Of a stretch of DNA of 64,000 nucleotides, positions 62,681 through 64,000 are shown in pieces (within the stretch, counting starts at the first letter, position 1; each line of letters starts with the position of its first letter). This DNA comes from Podarcis bocagei (taxonomy: Eukaryota), in NCBI GenBank assembly GCA_964188305.1, contig OZ076889.1. One strand, 5' to 3'. The position numbers and the translations under genes are program-made. The notes under the pieces are model-generated. The model searched no databases. It was given only the letters and a program-made list of their open reading frames with translations, and was not told the DNA's origin.

Positions 62681-64000
62681 TAAATATTATTCAGTGTTTG
62701 ATGGACAGGGCTGATATTTTCTTTTCTTTTCTTTTCTTTTTTGTTTTCTTTGCCTTCTTTTGCTACAACCTTTAGACTGCATTCACTATCATTCTATAGA
62801 TTTTCTCCTTCTCGAACACATATCAAGTATGAGCACTGGGGGGGGGCTTCTCATTTCATTTGCCCCCAAATTAGAATCCTTTTGGCATAGTGAGCAGCAC
62901 TTCCAAAATGGTGCTAGGCAATAAATTGTGGGGATGGAAGAGACAAGCTGCTTTTCTAGGTGGGATGTTTTTTCCAACTCATCCTTCTCTGGAATTGCTT
63001 TAGGGTGGTGGCACTTTGGAAAAAAGATTATATAGATCAGCCTTCCTCAGCCTGCTATCCTCCAGATGTGTGGGACTATAACTCCCATAAGCCTCAGCCA
63101 GAATGGCCCATGGTCAGGAGAGTGGGCATTATTGTCTACTAACATCCAGAGGGCCACAGATTTGGGAAGGTTGTCCTAGATGGATGACTAAAAAACAAAA
63201 CAAAAAACTTGCTTGCCATGTGCATCCTTGGTGCCATCTTGGAGGCACTTTCCCACCTGCCAGTTCAGGGGCTAGAGCTCTTAAAGTTAGGGTCCAGGGG
63301 CAGCATATTTTGGAGAAAATCTGCCACCCCTAAATTGCTCTTCAAATTCACTCCCTGTGATGAGGCTTTCAGCTTGCCTCAAGATTGATTCTTGTCACTC
63401 TGGTGCTTCTCTGTAAGCTTACCTCTACACTATTCTATATATTTCCTCCATAAGTTATTTGCTTATATTACCACCCTCTTAATTCAAAATACTGTATGAT
63501 TTAATGGATGTTGAACTAAAGGGAGCCTGTTGAATGGACAGAGGCAGCAAATCAAAGGCTTGTGTCAAAAGTAGCACTGTCCAGCATGCCAAGAATAGCC
63601 AAAACAGGTAGAAAAGAATAAGGAACTGAGGTTGTGCATCCAAAAATAAGAGTTATGCCATCACAAGTTCTGTATACACACACAGCTCTACAAGATGACA
63701 TTGAATTGCATTTGGCCCAGCGCAATTCAAACATAGTTTTGAGCTGGGAGCAGGATGAATTCATTATGCAACCCATGACCCCAAAGCAGCTACAGAACCA
63801 CCTGTGTGATCTGTAGCAAGTTCATCAAATCAGAAATCTCACTTTGGGTAAACCTTTGAAAGGAAATGTTGCTCCACACTGCAAAAGAAGTCACCAATTG
63901 TGATGTCCCTCCCTCCCTTCATGTACTGATGAGCAAACTTCTTTTAATCACGGAAATTATTTGTCTGCTTCACTGACTATAACAACGGTTTGGACTCCAT

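Noticed and set aside
57000-64000. Short ORFs in the distal region
   Set aside because: AT-rich intronic-type sequence with scattered MITEs and no recognisable proteins.

Overview
Vertebrate genomic DNA, most likely a squamate reptile. The repeat content (Sauria SINEs, a Squam3-like SINE, BovB/RTE LINE and hAT/Tc-mariner MITEs) suggests a lacertid-type lizard. Four spliced protein-coding genes were rebuilt by hand from splice sites and frame continuity. (1) B4GALT2, + strand, 6 coding exons at 11311-17938, 371 aa, with a CpG-island first exon near 3.3-3.7 kb. (2) An intact 3-exon gene on the - strand (24626-20054, 221 aa) encoding a secreted protein with two complete VWC domains and one partial one. 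It belongs to the Brorin (VWC2/VWC2L) family but appears to be neither VWC2 nor VWC2L. (3) CCDC24, + strand, 8 coding exons at 27194-37552, 383 aa. (4) SLC6A9/GlyT1, - strand, 12 core exons at 50272-40097; the first coding exon is uncertain. The order B4GALT2-CCDC24-SLC6A9 matches human 1p34 as I recall it, but the Brorin-family gene between B4GALT2 and CCDC24 is extra and is the main finding. It is head-to-head with CCDC24 on a shared CpG island carrying an RFX X-box, and tail-to-tail with B4GALT2. Other points: a GC-AG intron and candidate alternative N-terminal exons in GlyT1, overlapping opposite-strand poly(A) signals, uORFs in B4GALT2, and a MITE family that grows by an internal CpG-rich palindromic array. 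Most ORFs in the supplied track are spurious.
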